This document shows positions 19,757 through 29,717 of a stretch of DNA of 64,000 bases, in pieces. The translations under genes and the position numbers were made by a program. Source of the stretch: Bdellovibrionales bacterium (lineage in GTDB: Bacteria > Bdellovibrionota > Bdellovibrionia > Bdellovibrionales > JAUICD01); assembly GCA_965203275.1 (NCBI GenBank), contig OZ241865.1:32001-96000 (forward strand), written 5' to 3'. Numbering within the stretch: position 1 is the first letter of the stretch; each line of letters begins with the position of its first letter. The notes below the pieces were generated by a model. It saw only the letters and a list, made by a program, of their open reading frames with translations, had not been told where the DNA came from and made no database searches.

Positions 19757-19882
19757 AAGATTTAAAAAACTCTTTGCCTATTTCTGAAATAGATACTCTT
19801 AAATCAGAACATATATTAAGATGGATAGAATCCCTTAATGATAAAGCAAAGGAATAAAGAATAGATTTTTTTGAAGTCTTTT

Positions 19883-19956
19883 GTTTCCCTAAAATTGAAG
19901 TGGCCAGAGGTCCGTTTACTTTTAGTGAAAGAGAACCAGTGCAGTTTGAGTGAAAC
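19883..19956. repeat. Fragments of the structured element (terminus pieces)
   Basis: tgtttccctaaaattgaa / ggccagaggtc / gtttacttttagtgaaa / tttgagtgaaac. Confidence 0.8.
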
Positions 19957-19957
19957 A

Positions 19958-21958
19958 TTAAGGAAGTGATGCCGAGGAAGATATCCAGTCATCTAACCCT
20001 GTAAAATAAGTATAAAATTCTTGTTCTAATTGGGATTGGATATGAGGATCGTTTATTTTAATTTTTGTTTGAAATTTTTTTATCTGAAACACTTGTGTAT
20101 TTCTTAAAGCTTTCTTGTATTCTAAAAGATAAGAGCCTTTTCTATACCAATAGTAATGACTGTCTGAAAAAAGTGCTATACCTTCTTCATCATTTAATAA
20201 ATTTCTGCCTATAAAAGAATACCATCCCTCATAACCTATCATATAAAGAAGAGTCGAAGAAACATCTTGATGAGAACCCACTTTTGAAATCTCTCCTTTT
20301 TTTGTTAGCCCCCTTTGATCTAAAATAATCAAAGGGACTTGTAGAGATTGCAAGGTATTAGCTTGATATGTGATAGGATTCCATGATCTATGATCTCCCG
20401 TGAGAACTATGATAAGATTATCACCTAAAAGGGCAGAAATATCTTTAACAAAATTTTCTACAAGCCAATTCGTATAACATAATCCCTTTTGAAGATCTTG
20501 AGAATAAATAGATTGAGGATTAAGTTGACAAAACTCATCAAATGCAAATTGTTGAAATAGAGAATCTGAAGATGAGTTGATCACATCTCCAAAATGGAGT
20601 GAATTAAAAATCATCTTTACAAAAAGAGGCCCCTTCTGATGATGTCTTTGTATTTCATCTAAAGTACTACTGATCAGCTTTCTATCGTCTATTTGAATGA
20701 CTCCTCTTAAAGAATGAGAAGAAAAATATTTAGGTACAATCACTTTATCTCCACCATATTCTAAAAAGTAAGGCTCCATATTATATAAACCAGATCCTAC
20801 AGCTAACAAAGAGGTGTAACCCATTGGTTTAAGTAATTGCATGAGAGACTTTTTATTCAAACTATTGTCAGGTTGAAAATGATAACCATCAATCATGGGA
20901 AAACCCATGAGCAGAGAAAGAAGTGCATTGAAACTGCATTGCCAATGAAAATAAAAGTTTTTAAAGGATAAACCCTCCCGAGCCATTTGATTTAAATAAG
21001 GAAGAAACGAATCCTCCTCTGGAGTGCTTTCTAAAAATTTTGCAGAAAGAGAATCAATACTGACCAAAACAATATGAGGTTTTGTTTGAAGTTTTGTTTG
21101 AGGGTTTTTAAACTGTCTGACTATATTGTTCTCGTTTAAAAGTTCTGTGTGACGACTTTTTATAATATCTTGAAATGTTTCTGAAACATCAGGGTCAGTG
21201 TTGAGTCCTAAATTTATTTTATTACTAAGAAATAAATAGGAACTTAAGTTATAAAAAGCATTTTTAGCTACCACTTGATAGAAGGTTTTCTGAAAAGGAC
21301 GATGAATAATATCATTTAAAGTGATCAAAGGTTGTAAATAAATAAAACTAGTTAAAAAAAGTAACAAAACATGAAAAAAGGCGATTTGATAATATTGAGT
21401 ATTATTTAAGTGATGAATAAGTGGCTTTTTTAAAAAATAATGCCCAGAAATCAAATGGTAAAGTGTGACTAAGGAAATACTCCATCTTGTGAAAAAATAG
21501 GCAAATACAATAACTGAGGGAAGTAAAAAGATCACAAAAGGAAACTTATGATAAATAGATAAAAAAATAGGGATAGTAGAAGAGATATCTAAAAATTGTC
21601 CAAAGGCGTATGCATGAGTACGATCATAATAAATTTGAAAAAAAACAATATCTACAAAAGACAACATAATGAATAGAAAAATCACAAAGGTCATATAAGC
21701 AGTCTTAAGTCTGTGAAAAACAGATGATTTGAAAATAAATGATAAACAAGTTGGCATAAATAAAATAGATAAAACACTACTGTCTATCATCAAGCCAATG
21801 ATAAAAACTTTTAGAATTTGCCAGTCAAAAGGGATAAAGCTTCCATTAATAAATAAAAATAAGGCTCTTAGAAAAAATCCTAAAAAGAGAGTCAAAGCAA
21901 AGGTTGTTAGGATATTAGAAGATAAATCATCTTGTTTGCTCATAAGACTTTTGCTCAT
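19958..21958 (-). CDS. LTA synthase/OpgB-family membrane sulfatase-like phosphotransferase
   Basis: Several N-terminal TM helices, PHIVLVSIDSL, TGDH, GSHQDV..T motifs. Confidence 0.85.
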   Translation of the reverse strand: MSKSLMSKQDDLSSNILTTFALTLFLGFFLRALFLFINGSFIPFDWQILKVFIIGLMIDSSVLSILFMPTCLSFIFKSSVFHRLKTAYMTFVIFLFIMLSFVDIVFFQIYYDRTHAYAFGQFLDISSTIPIFLSIYHKFPFVIFLLPSVIVFAYFFTRWSISLVTLYHLISGHYFLKKPLIHHLNNTQYYQIAFFHVLLLFLTSFIYLQPLITLNDIIHRPFQKTFYQVVAKNAFYNLSSYLFLSNKINLGLNTDPDVSETFQDIIKSRHTELLNENNIVRQFKNPQTKLQTKPHIVLVSIDSLSAKFLESTPEEDSFLPYLNQMAREGLSFKNFYFHWQCSFNALLSLLMGFPMIDGYHFQPDNSLNKKSLMQLLKPMGYTSLLAVGSGLYNMEPYFLEYGGDKVIVPKYFSSHSLRGVIQIDDRKLISSTLDEIQRHHQKGPLFVKMIFNSLHFGDVINSSSDSLFQQFAFDEFCQLNPQSIYSQDLQKGLCYTNWLVENFVKDISALLGDNLIIVLTGDHRSWNPITYQANTLQSLQVPLIILDQRGLTKKGEISKVGSHQDVSSTLLYMIGYEGWYSFIGRNLLNDEEGIALFSDSHYYWYRKGSYLLEYKKALRNTQVFQIKKFQTKIKINDPHIQSQLEQEFYTYFTGLDDWISSSASLP

Positions 21959-22078
21959 AATGAGTTACCTTTTTGTTGGTAGTTTGTTTGTAGTTTTTGA
22001 AACTATAAGAATGTATTGAAATATATCCTATTTAAATGAGATAGAGTACAAATAAGATAATCTCTTGTCAAGGCTATT

Positions 22079-22360
22079 TGGACCTTTTATTATCTAATTT
22101 CGGTGATCTTCGTCTACCCGTACGTACCTCTCTCAGAGATACGTGAACTGTTTCCCTCAAAATTTCCCTTCCTTGAATATTCTATTTCTAATTTCTTACA
22201 TTCACCAGGTCAAGCCCCTTTCAGAGAACCGGAAGGTCAATTTTGAGGCGATCGGCTAGAATCTCAATGCATAACATCCTACATATATGCTCTTTGTTGT
22301 ATATATTATTCTCACTTCATTATCTGGACCTTTTATTATCTAATTTCGGTGATCTTCGTC
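22079..22360 (-). repeat. Second repeat family (diverged inverted copy, ~246-bp unit plus start of a second unit)
   Basis: Reverse complement matches 41911-42388; tggaccttttattatctaatttcggtgatcttcgtc at 22079 and 22325. Confidence 0.85.
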
Positions 22361-22361
22361 T

Positions 22362-23092
22362 TTTTCACTAAAAGTAAACTGACCTCTGGTCACTTTTGGG
22401 TAGCCAGCCCGACGGCTACCGCCGTCGATCAAAGGCTGGCAACCTCAAAAGTCCGTTTACTTTTAGTAGGGGAGGATCCTCTCGTCTCTTGACCACATGT
22501 TAAGGAAAAATTTCTTTCTTATACCTGTTGCCTGCAAAGGCTTTCGCCTTTGACAAAATGGTCATTGCCTCAAAAGCCTGACCACTTTTAGTAGGAAGGA
22601 TCCTCTCGTCTCTTTACACGATGTTAGGGAAAAAGTTCCTTTTGTTTCACTAAAAGTGGTCTAGCCTCTGTTTCACTCAAAGTGAACTGGCCTCTGGTCA
22701 CTTTCTGGTGATGACCACGATGGCTTTCGCCATCGATAAAATGGTCATCACCTAGAAAGATTGACCACTTTTAGTAGGGAGGAAACCTTCGTTTTTTAAC
22801 ACGATGTTAAGGAAAAAGAGTTCTTTCTGATGCCTGACTGCCGGATCCCAGATCCCGGATTGTTTCACTAAAAGTAAACTAGCCTCTGGCTACTTTTGGG
22901 CATTGCTCTGACAGCTATCGCTGTCTAAAAAGAGCAATGCCTCAAAAGTCCGTTTACTTTTAGTAAGGAGGATCCATTCATTTTCTGACACGATGTTAAG
23001 GAAACAAGATATTCAGCCCCGGGATCAGGCAATCCGGCAAGCAGGCATCCGGGTTCCGGGACCTGATCCCGGATACTGGATAAACACCATGT
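22362..23092. repeat. Cluster of four structured elements plus heptamers
   Basis: Starts tttcactaaaagtaaac; all units in reverse orientation. Confidence 0.9.
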
Positions 23093-23287
23093 ATAGTATA
23101 ATTTCAAAATCATTATTTAAAATACAAAGTAAGATTTTATAAAAGGTCTAGTACTCCAATGGAATAAAGCCGAAAAGGTACAATGTTTTTAGATAGATAA
23201 AGGCTTATAAAGAATTTAAGTTTTTAATTTTTACTTTTTTGAAGGCTTGACTTTATAAAAAAATAAGGGCATATTTAAATAGTTATT

Positions 23288-24496
23288 ATGCAAGGTAAAC
23301 CTCAATTAAGTGTCAAATGGATTGATCCGAAAGCTTTAGATATCATCAAACGGCTTCAAAAAAAAGGCTATCCAACATATTTTGTAGGAGGATGTGTTAG
23401 GGATTTGCTTTTAGGCATTGAACCTAAAGACTTTGATATTGTCACATCGGCTCATCCTCGCCAAATCTGCAATATTATTCCAAACAGTCATGTGATTGGT
23501 CGACGGTTTTGTTTAGTTTTAGTCAAAAGAGGACAGGATCAATTTGAAGTGTCAACATTTCGCAGAAATGCTTCTGAAAATCAGAATAAACCTGAAGGTC
23601 AATCAAAGATAATTTTGAGAGACAATCTCTTTGGAACACCTATTGAGGATGCAAACCGGAGAGATTTTACAATCAATGGTCTTTTTTATGATCCTTTCAA
23701 AGATCAGCTTATTGATCACTGTGATGGATTGAAGGATATTCGATCAAGAGTGATCCGTATGATTGGTGATCCTTATGTACGGATACCAGAAGATCCTATT
23801 CGTATTTTAAGATCTTTGCGTTTAGCTCATAAATTACAATTTTCCATTAATCCCATTTTGCGCAAGGCTATCTCTGCATTGTCTCAAGATATTGCTTTAT
23901 CTGCTTTGCCGAGGATGCGTGAGGAGATGCTTAAAATCTTAAGGCTACAAAATCCTATATTAGCTCTTCAAGAAATTTATGATCTACAAGTGATGAAATA
24001 TGCATGGCCTCAATTGCATCAAATTTTAGAATCTCAGCAATCAAGACATATTTTTTGGCATTATTTTCAATGTATTTCTGAAATGAAGCAACATGATCAA
24101 AATCAAAAAGCTTATAAAAATTCACAAAAGGCAAGCTCTTTAGAACTTTTTGCTTTACTCACTTTGAGTTTATTTGTGGCTCAAAATATTTATGATCCTC
24201 TCAAGGTTGTTCCTGCTGGTACTTATTTAGAGAACACAGAATTTAAGAGACCAATGAAAGAAGAATGGGGTATGTTTGGTTGGGAGATCACAGAAGTTTT
24301 AAGAGGTTTAGAAATTTTACCTTCACTGAAGGATAAATACAAAGTGTTTAAAAAGTGGCGAAAAACAAGGCAGAGAAATTTTTTAAGGCAAAAAGGTTTT
24401 GCTGTAGCACTTTATTTAGCTGCCGTAGAGCAGACAATACCTTATTGGGATATTTTGTCATGGACAAAAGCCTGTCAAAAATACTTATTAAAATAA
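23288..24496 (+). CDS. pcnB: Poly(A) polymerase / tRNA nucleotidyltransferase family
   Basis: VGGCVRDLLLG, PKDFDIVT, IGRRF.LVLV PAP-type signature, RRDFTINGL, EDPIRILR. Confidence 0.88.
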   Translation: MQGKPQLSVKWIDPKALDIIKRLQKKGYPTYFVGGCVRDLLLGIEPKDFDIVTSAHPRQICNIIPNSHVIGRRFCLVLVKRGQDQFEVSTFRRNASENQNKPEGQSKIILRDNLFGTPIEDANRRDFTINGLFYDPFKDQLIDHCDGLKDIRSRVIRMIGDPYVRIPEDPIRILRSLRLAHKLQFSINPILRKAISALSQDIALSALPRMREEMLKILRLQNPILALQEIYDLQVMKYAWPQLHQILESQQSRHIFWHYFQCISEMKQHDQNQKAYKNSQKASSLELFALLTLSLFVAQNIYDPLKVVPAGTYLENTEFKRPMKEEWGMFGWEITEVLRGLEILPSLKDKYKVFKKWRKTRQRNFLRQKGFAVALYLAAVEQTIPYWDILSWTKACQKYLLK

Positions 24497-24503
24497 GCGT
24501 TCA

Positions 24504-24905
24504 TTTCACTAAAAGTGGTCTAGCCTCTGTTTCCCTAAAATTGAACTAGCCTCTGGCTACTTTTGGGTAGCCAGCCCGACGACTTTCGTCGTCGATCAAA
24601 GGCTGGCTACCTCAAAAGCTTGTTCAATTTTAGGAAGAAGGATCTCCTTGTCTCTTAACACCATGTTAAGGAAACAAAATGCCTTTAAAATTATATTAAA
24701 AGAGCAATGTCTCAAAAGTCCGTTTACTTTTAGTAGGAAGAATCCTCTCGTCTCTTTACACGATGTTAAGGAAACAAATCTTTCTGATGCCTGACTGCCG
24801 GATCCCAGATCCCGGATTGGTTCACTAAAAGTAGCCAGAGGCTAGTTCAATTTTAGGGAAACAGAGGCATGGCTCATTTTGAGTGAAATGTTAAGGAAAA
24901 ATTCC
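24504..24905. repeat. Cluster of structured elements
   Basis: Begins 8 bp after pcnB stop with tttcactaaaagtggtc. Confidence 0.9.
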
Positions 24906-25172
24906 TTCTATCAGTTTCCCTTCTTTGAATTTTTGATTTTATAACATCGTAATATCTAAAAAAACTTACTTAAGGATGTTCCTATTCGCTTTTTTTACTT
25001 AATTTTTAAAAAGTGCTTGACTTTGGCCACTAAATAAGATATATTTACAAAAATTATCAAGGTTTATTTCTAAAACATAGAAAAAGCCCTTTTAATCAAG
25101 GCTTTAACCTTGTATGTACTTTATTGTTATTGAACTTAAAAATTTAAACCAATTTAAAAGGAGTAACAAACA

Positions 25173-26066
25173 ATGAGAAATATATTTATATTTTTATTTT
25201 TGTCCATGGTTGTATGTCAAAATGTTGAAGGAACACAACTTTATTTTCATCGATCTGAACCTCTAAATATCCATACGGATTTAATACATGCTAGTAAAGA
25301 TGGCGATATAGAGGCTGTAAGGAAATATCTAGAACAAGGTGCTAACGTCAATTATCAAAGTCATTATGGCTGGACGGCTTTAATGTGGGCTGGTAAACAA
25401 GGCCATATAGAGGTTGTAAGGGCATTACTAGAGGCCGGATCTAACGTCGATCTTCAAGATAGAGATGACGCGACGGCTTTAATGTATACTAGTACTAGAG
25501 GCCATATAGAGATTGTAAGGGCATTGCTAGCGGCCGGTGCGGACGTCAATATTCAAAGAAAAATTGGCAGGCACTATTTTGGCAATAGGACTTTAAATGG
25601 CGGTACGGCTTTAACTAATGCTAGTCGTGGATGCCATATTGAAGCTGTAAGGGCATTGCTAGCGGCCGGTGCTAAGGTCAATATGCCAGACCAAAAAGGC
25701 AAGACGGCTTTATGGTTTGCTAATAGGAATGGCTGTGTTGATATTGTAAGGACATTGCTAGAGGCCGGAGCTAACGGCGATATGGCTTTAATTTATGCTA
25801 GTCGTGAGGGATTTTTGCAGTCTGTAATGGCATTGCTAGCGGCCGGTGCGGACGTCGATCTTCAAACATCTAATGGCTATACGGCTTTAATGTATGCTAG
25901 TTTTGAAGACCATATTGAGATTGTAAGGGCATTACTAGAGGCCGGAGCTAACGTCGATCTTGAAGACAAACTTGGATTTAGTATCTTAGACCATGAGAGA
26001 GTACTTTCAGAAGATGTGAAAAGGCTCTTAAGAGAGTCGACGTTCCAACACCCACCATTTCTTTAA
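25173..26066 (+). CDS. Secreted ankyrin-repeat protein
   Basis: Signal peptide, AGGAG RBS, ~7 G.TALM.A...GH.E.V.ALL.AGA.V repeats. Confidence 0.93.
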   Translation: MRNIFIFLFLSMVVCQNVEGTQLYFHRSEPLNIHTDLIHASKDGDIEAVRKYLEQGANVNYQSHYGWTALMWAGKQGHIEVVRALLEAGSNVDLQDRDDATALMYTSTRGHIEIVRALLAAGADVNIQRKIGRHYFGNRTLNGGTALTNASRGCHIEAVRALLAAGAKVNMPDQKGKTALWFANRNGCVDIVRTLLEAGANGDMALIYASREGFLQSVMALLAAGADVDLQTSNGYTALMYASFEDHIEIVRALLEAGANVDLEDKLGFSILDHERVLSEDVKRLLRESTFQHPPFL

Positions 26067-26710
26067 TTTCAGAAGATGTGAAAAGACTCTTAAGAGAGGC
26101 GACACAATAACTATCTATTTAATAAGAATATACGGGCCGTAGCAATCGGCCTTTATGCTCTTTTCAAGCCGGTCTTTTTATAATTCACAAGGAAGTTTAT
26201 CATCCTATTTATCTGAAAAAAGGCTATAGAACTTAAATATATAAGTAGAATTTATCAAAATTGGCAGTTTGGTGATGCTATCACGCCCCCTGGCAGGCCC
26301 TAACTATAACCCGTGCTTATAAACTACTTTAGAACATCCTGACAATTATAATTGAAGTTTATATTCGTAGGCTTGTCTTCAATCTTTGACTCAATCTTGT
26401 TTAGCTTGCAATTTGTCAGACTCCAAAACATTAAAGGAATAAAAAAACATTTACAAACTTTCCAAACGTTCACTTTCTTTAAGAAATTCTTAGTATTTTT
26501 AAAATTCAAACTTAATCTCGATTTATTTTCTTTACTAAAACTCAAACTCACATTCAAATTCAGCTTCAAAGTTAATTTATCTTTTCTATCTAAAATCAAA
26601 ATATTCTTTACTCCTCATTAAGTAATCATTGTTAAAATGTATATTTCCCTCCGTAGGAGGTTATTTAACTCAAATTTATACACTTGTCAACAAAAAAATG
26701 AATTTTTCAA

Positions 26711-26736
26711 ATAAAAAAAAGGACCACAAGTGGTCC
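26711..26736 (-). terminator. Rho-independent terminator for 26786-27112 gene
   Basis: GGACCA-CTTG-TGGTCC hairpin followed by T8 on the minus strand. Confidence 0.75.
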
Positions 26737-26785
26737 CTTCCTAGTATCATGGAAAACTTCAATTTTCATATCCACTTAAGATTGC

Positions 26786-27112
26786 TTATCTTCTCGTAAG
26801 GACGTCAATAATCTTTTCTATATTCCCTTTTATTTCATTAATCTCATTCTTTAATTCATTAATATCTGCCTTGAGTTCCGTCCTTACGTTTTCAATCTTT
26901 GTAGGTATATGGTTGTTTACTTGCTTTTTAATGTCTTCCATGTCTTTTTTTGTAGAAATAGCTTGTTCCTTAACAAAATCCACTTCTGCTTTGATAGGTT
27001 TATTTAGAACATTATTTATCATAATTAAACTACCTACAACACTAAAAACGCCAATTATAAAGATACCTATAAGAATACCTATTATTGGTAGGGTTTCATA
27101 TACTAATTCCAT
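26786..27112 (-). CDS. Small membrane-anchored coiled-coil protein
   Basis: N-terminal TM helix; RTELKADINELKNEINEIK heptads; AAGGA RBS. Confidence 0.75.
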   Translation of the reverse strand: MELVYETLPIIGILIGIFIIGVFSVVGSLIMINNVLNKPIKAEVDFVKEQAISTKKDMEDIKKQVNNHIPTKIENVRTELKADINELKNEINEIKGNIEKIIDVLTRR

Positions 27113-27634
27113 TATTTTTATCCTTTTTTAGTTTTTAGTTTTATTATTCATGCACCAATGTTCTTATTTGTCTTGCAAGTGGTGAGTTTAGGCATGGACT
27201 AGAATATCTATTGGTATATTTAATAAAGAAGTTGAGATTTCCAAATTCTGAGGATGTGTTGATTTAATATGCTCGACACTAGTCTGATTTATAAGACTGA
27301 AACGTCATGGAACAATTAAAGGGAAAAAATAAGTTATAAGCGTTCTCTCTAACTTATCAAACATTGATTGTTTAGTGCCATCGAATGTGACTTATCGAAT
27401 GTGACTTTAGGATAAGGCCATAGAATAAATGTCTCATTAGATAGAAAAAATACTAAAATAAACCTTATTTTCTTTTTCATACACTCACCATATATATATT
27501 CTTTTAAAAAATCAATAAAAGCTTTAACCCCCTGCATAAACTTATATTTATCTTATCATGTAGAACAAAGTATGTCAAACCATCTTGAAAATGAGGTCTT
27601 GATGAGCTTTAGCATTAAAAAAACTAGCCGTTTG

Positions 27635-27908
27635 GTTCACTCAAAATGAGCCACACCGCTGGTGTGTTTTTTGATGTTGCCTGCAAAGGCTTTCGCCTTT
27701 GACAAAATAGGCAACATCTAAAAAATCCGCTCATTTTGAGTAGAGGAGGATATCCTCATCTCTTAACTACATGTTAAGGAAAAATTTCAGTTTTAGGGCC
27801 TGATGCCAGGTTACCGGATGCCTGATCCCGGATCCCGGATGAAAATCATGTTAAGGAAATAAGCTGTTTATCACGATGGCTACTGCCGTCGATCAAAAGC
27901 TGGCTATC
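27635..27908. repeat. Cluster of structured elements plus heptamers
   Basis: gttcactcaaaatgagccacacc... unit and degenerate partial unit. Confidence 0.88.
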
Positions 27909-27928
27909 TCTACCCCTTGTCAGAAAAC

Positions 27929-28579
27929 TTAAAGTAATTTCTTTAAAATTTTTAAAGATTCTACAGCACACAATCTTGGTCTATTACGACGGATGTACTC
28001 GTTATGAGTTAATCTTACTTGTGTATTACCTCTATATTCATATTTCATCATATTGTTTTCATACCGGCTTATTTTATTCTTTATAAATTCCTCCAGGGTC
28101 TTGTTGACATACCTATATTGAGTCTCATAATAATTATGATTGTCTTCTATTAAAGGTACTTGCCCTGCAAATGTATAATTATAATGATCTGCATTATAGT
28201 AATTTAATGGACCATCTAAATTAACCCCTTGCTTGACCATATCTCTTAACAAGAGAGCTGCAATATCATACTGTCTGAGTTCAATTGCTATAACCACTAA
28301 ATTTTTTGTATTAGAGTTTACTGTAGCTCCATCTCGTAATGCAGTTTGTACACCTTGAACACTTTTATTCATAAGTGCTATAAGTAATTTTTGTTCAGGA
28401 GTTAGTAACCTAGCATCATAAAATAAAGGCAAAGGAGCAACATTAGAAGAGTCTGTAAATTCTTCGCATGAAAGACTTGCAAATCTTTCTGATACTATAT
28501 CACCTAAGTATGCTCGCGATTGGGTTATAAATCCTAAACTCATAACACCCGCTATAACTAAATTGAGTAAAAATTTCAT
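27929..28579 (-). CDS. Secreted protein with degenerate ankyrin-like segment
   Basis: GGAGG RBS before MKFLLNLVIAG signal peptide; LLIALMNKSVQGVQTALRDGATVN ankyrin-like. Confidence 0.7.
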   Translation of the reverse strand: MKFLLNLVIAGVMSLGFITQSRAYLGDIVSERFASLSCEEFTDSSNVAPLPLFYDARLLTPEQKLLIALMNKSVQGVQTALRDGATVNSNTKNLVVIAIELRQYDIAALLLRDMVKQGVNLDGPLNYYNADHYNYTFAGQVPLIEDNHNYYETQYRYVNKTLEEFIKNKISRYENNMMKYEYRGNTQVRLTHNEYIRRNRPRLCAVESLKILKKLL

Positions 28580-28664
28580 AAAACACCTCCATTTTAATTG
28601 ATTAAACATTCTTATTATAATTAACTGACCATTAAAAAACTCTTAAAACACTTCCCTCTAAATA

Positions 28665-29473
28665 TCCGGAATCCGGCACCCCGCACCCCAGCATCCGAAG
28701 GAAATCTTGTTTCCTTAACATCATGTAAAGAGACAAGAGGATCCTTCTTACTCAAAGTAAACGGACTTTTGAGACGATGACCATTTTGTCAAAGGCGAAA
28801 GCCTTTGCGGTCATCGTCCAAAAGTGACCAGAGGCCAGTTCACTTTGAGTGAACCAGTGGCATTGCTCTTTTAATATAATCTTAAAGGCATTTTGTTCCC
28901 TTAACATCCTGTTAAGAAATGAAGGGATTCTCTCTACTAAAAGTGGTCAAGCTTTCTAGGTTGCCAGCATTTGAGAAGGCGAATAGCCTTCGGCTGGCAA
29001 CCAGAAAGTGACCAGAGGTCAGACCACTTTTAGTGAGCCAACAGCGTAAGCTGTCAGAGCAATGTCCAAAAGCAACCAGAGGTTGGTTTACTTTTAGTGC
29101 AAATCAAATGAGGCAATCAGCCTTTGATCGACGGCGTGAGCCGTCGGGCTAACTGCCATTAGAAGGACATTTTCCTTAACATGTAGTCAAAAAACGAAGA
29201 TATCCTCCCTACTCAAAATGCATAGATTTTTGAGGCAATGACCATTTTGCCAATGGCGAAAGCCATTGCGGTCATCGTCCAAAAGTGACCAGAGGCCAGT
29301 TCACTTTGAGTGAGCTAAAACATCTTGTTTCCTTAACATCATGTTAAGAAATGAGGACATCCTCCTTCCTAAAATTGAACAAGCTTTTGAGGCAATCAGC
29401 CTTTGATCGACGGCGATAGCCGTCGGGCTGATTGCCCAAAAGTAGCCAGAGGCTAGTTCAATTTTAGGGAAAC
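28665..29473. repeat. Cluster of six structured elements
   Basis: All in forward (GNNA-loop) orientation; ends gttcaattttagggaaac. Confidence 0.9.
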
Positions 29474-29717
29474 ATAGGAAACCCTACCCCAACTTAAGTA
29501 TTGCGACAAGAAATAAATTTTTATAATGAACATAATTTCATCTTATAACCATTGACGATCTTAAAGTTTGAGAGGTTGATTTATGAAATTAGAAGACGTC
29601 TTAAGTCTATAATTACATATTTTAGAAAAAATTCAGTCATCATTTAAGGTTCAACAGCCGATGTGTTTTTAAGGTTATATGTAAACTCATAAAACAACTT
29701 AAGATATAGGATACATA

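Noticed and set aside
26324..26621. Overlapping 91-aa and 89-aa ORFs
   Set aside because: Low-complexity, no recognisable motif; cannot tell which, if either, is real
28690..29473. Elements as integron attC sites (TTAAC...GTTAAG resemblance)
   Set aside because: Not arranged as one site per cassette in a common orientation, and no integron integrase in the window
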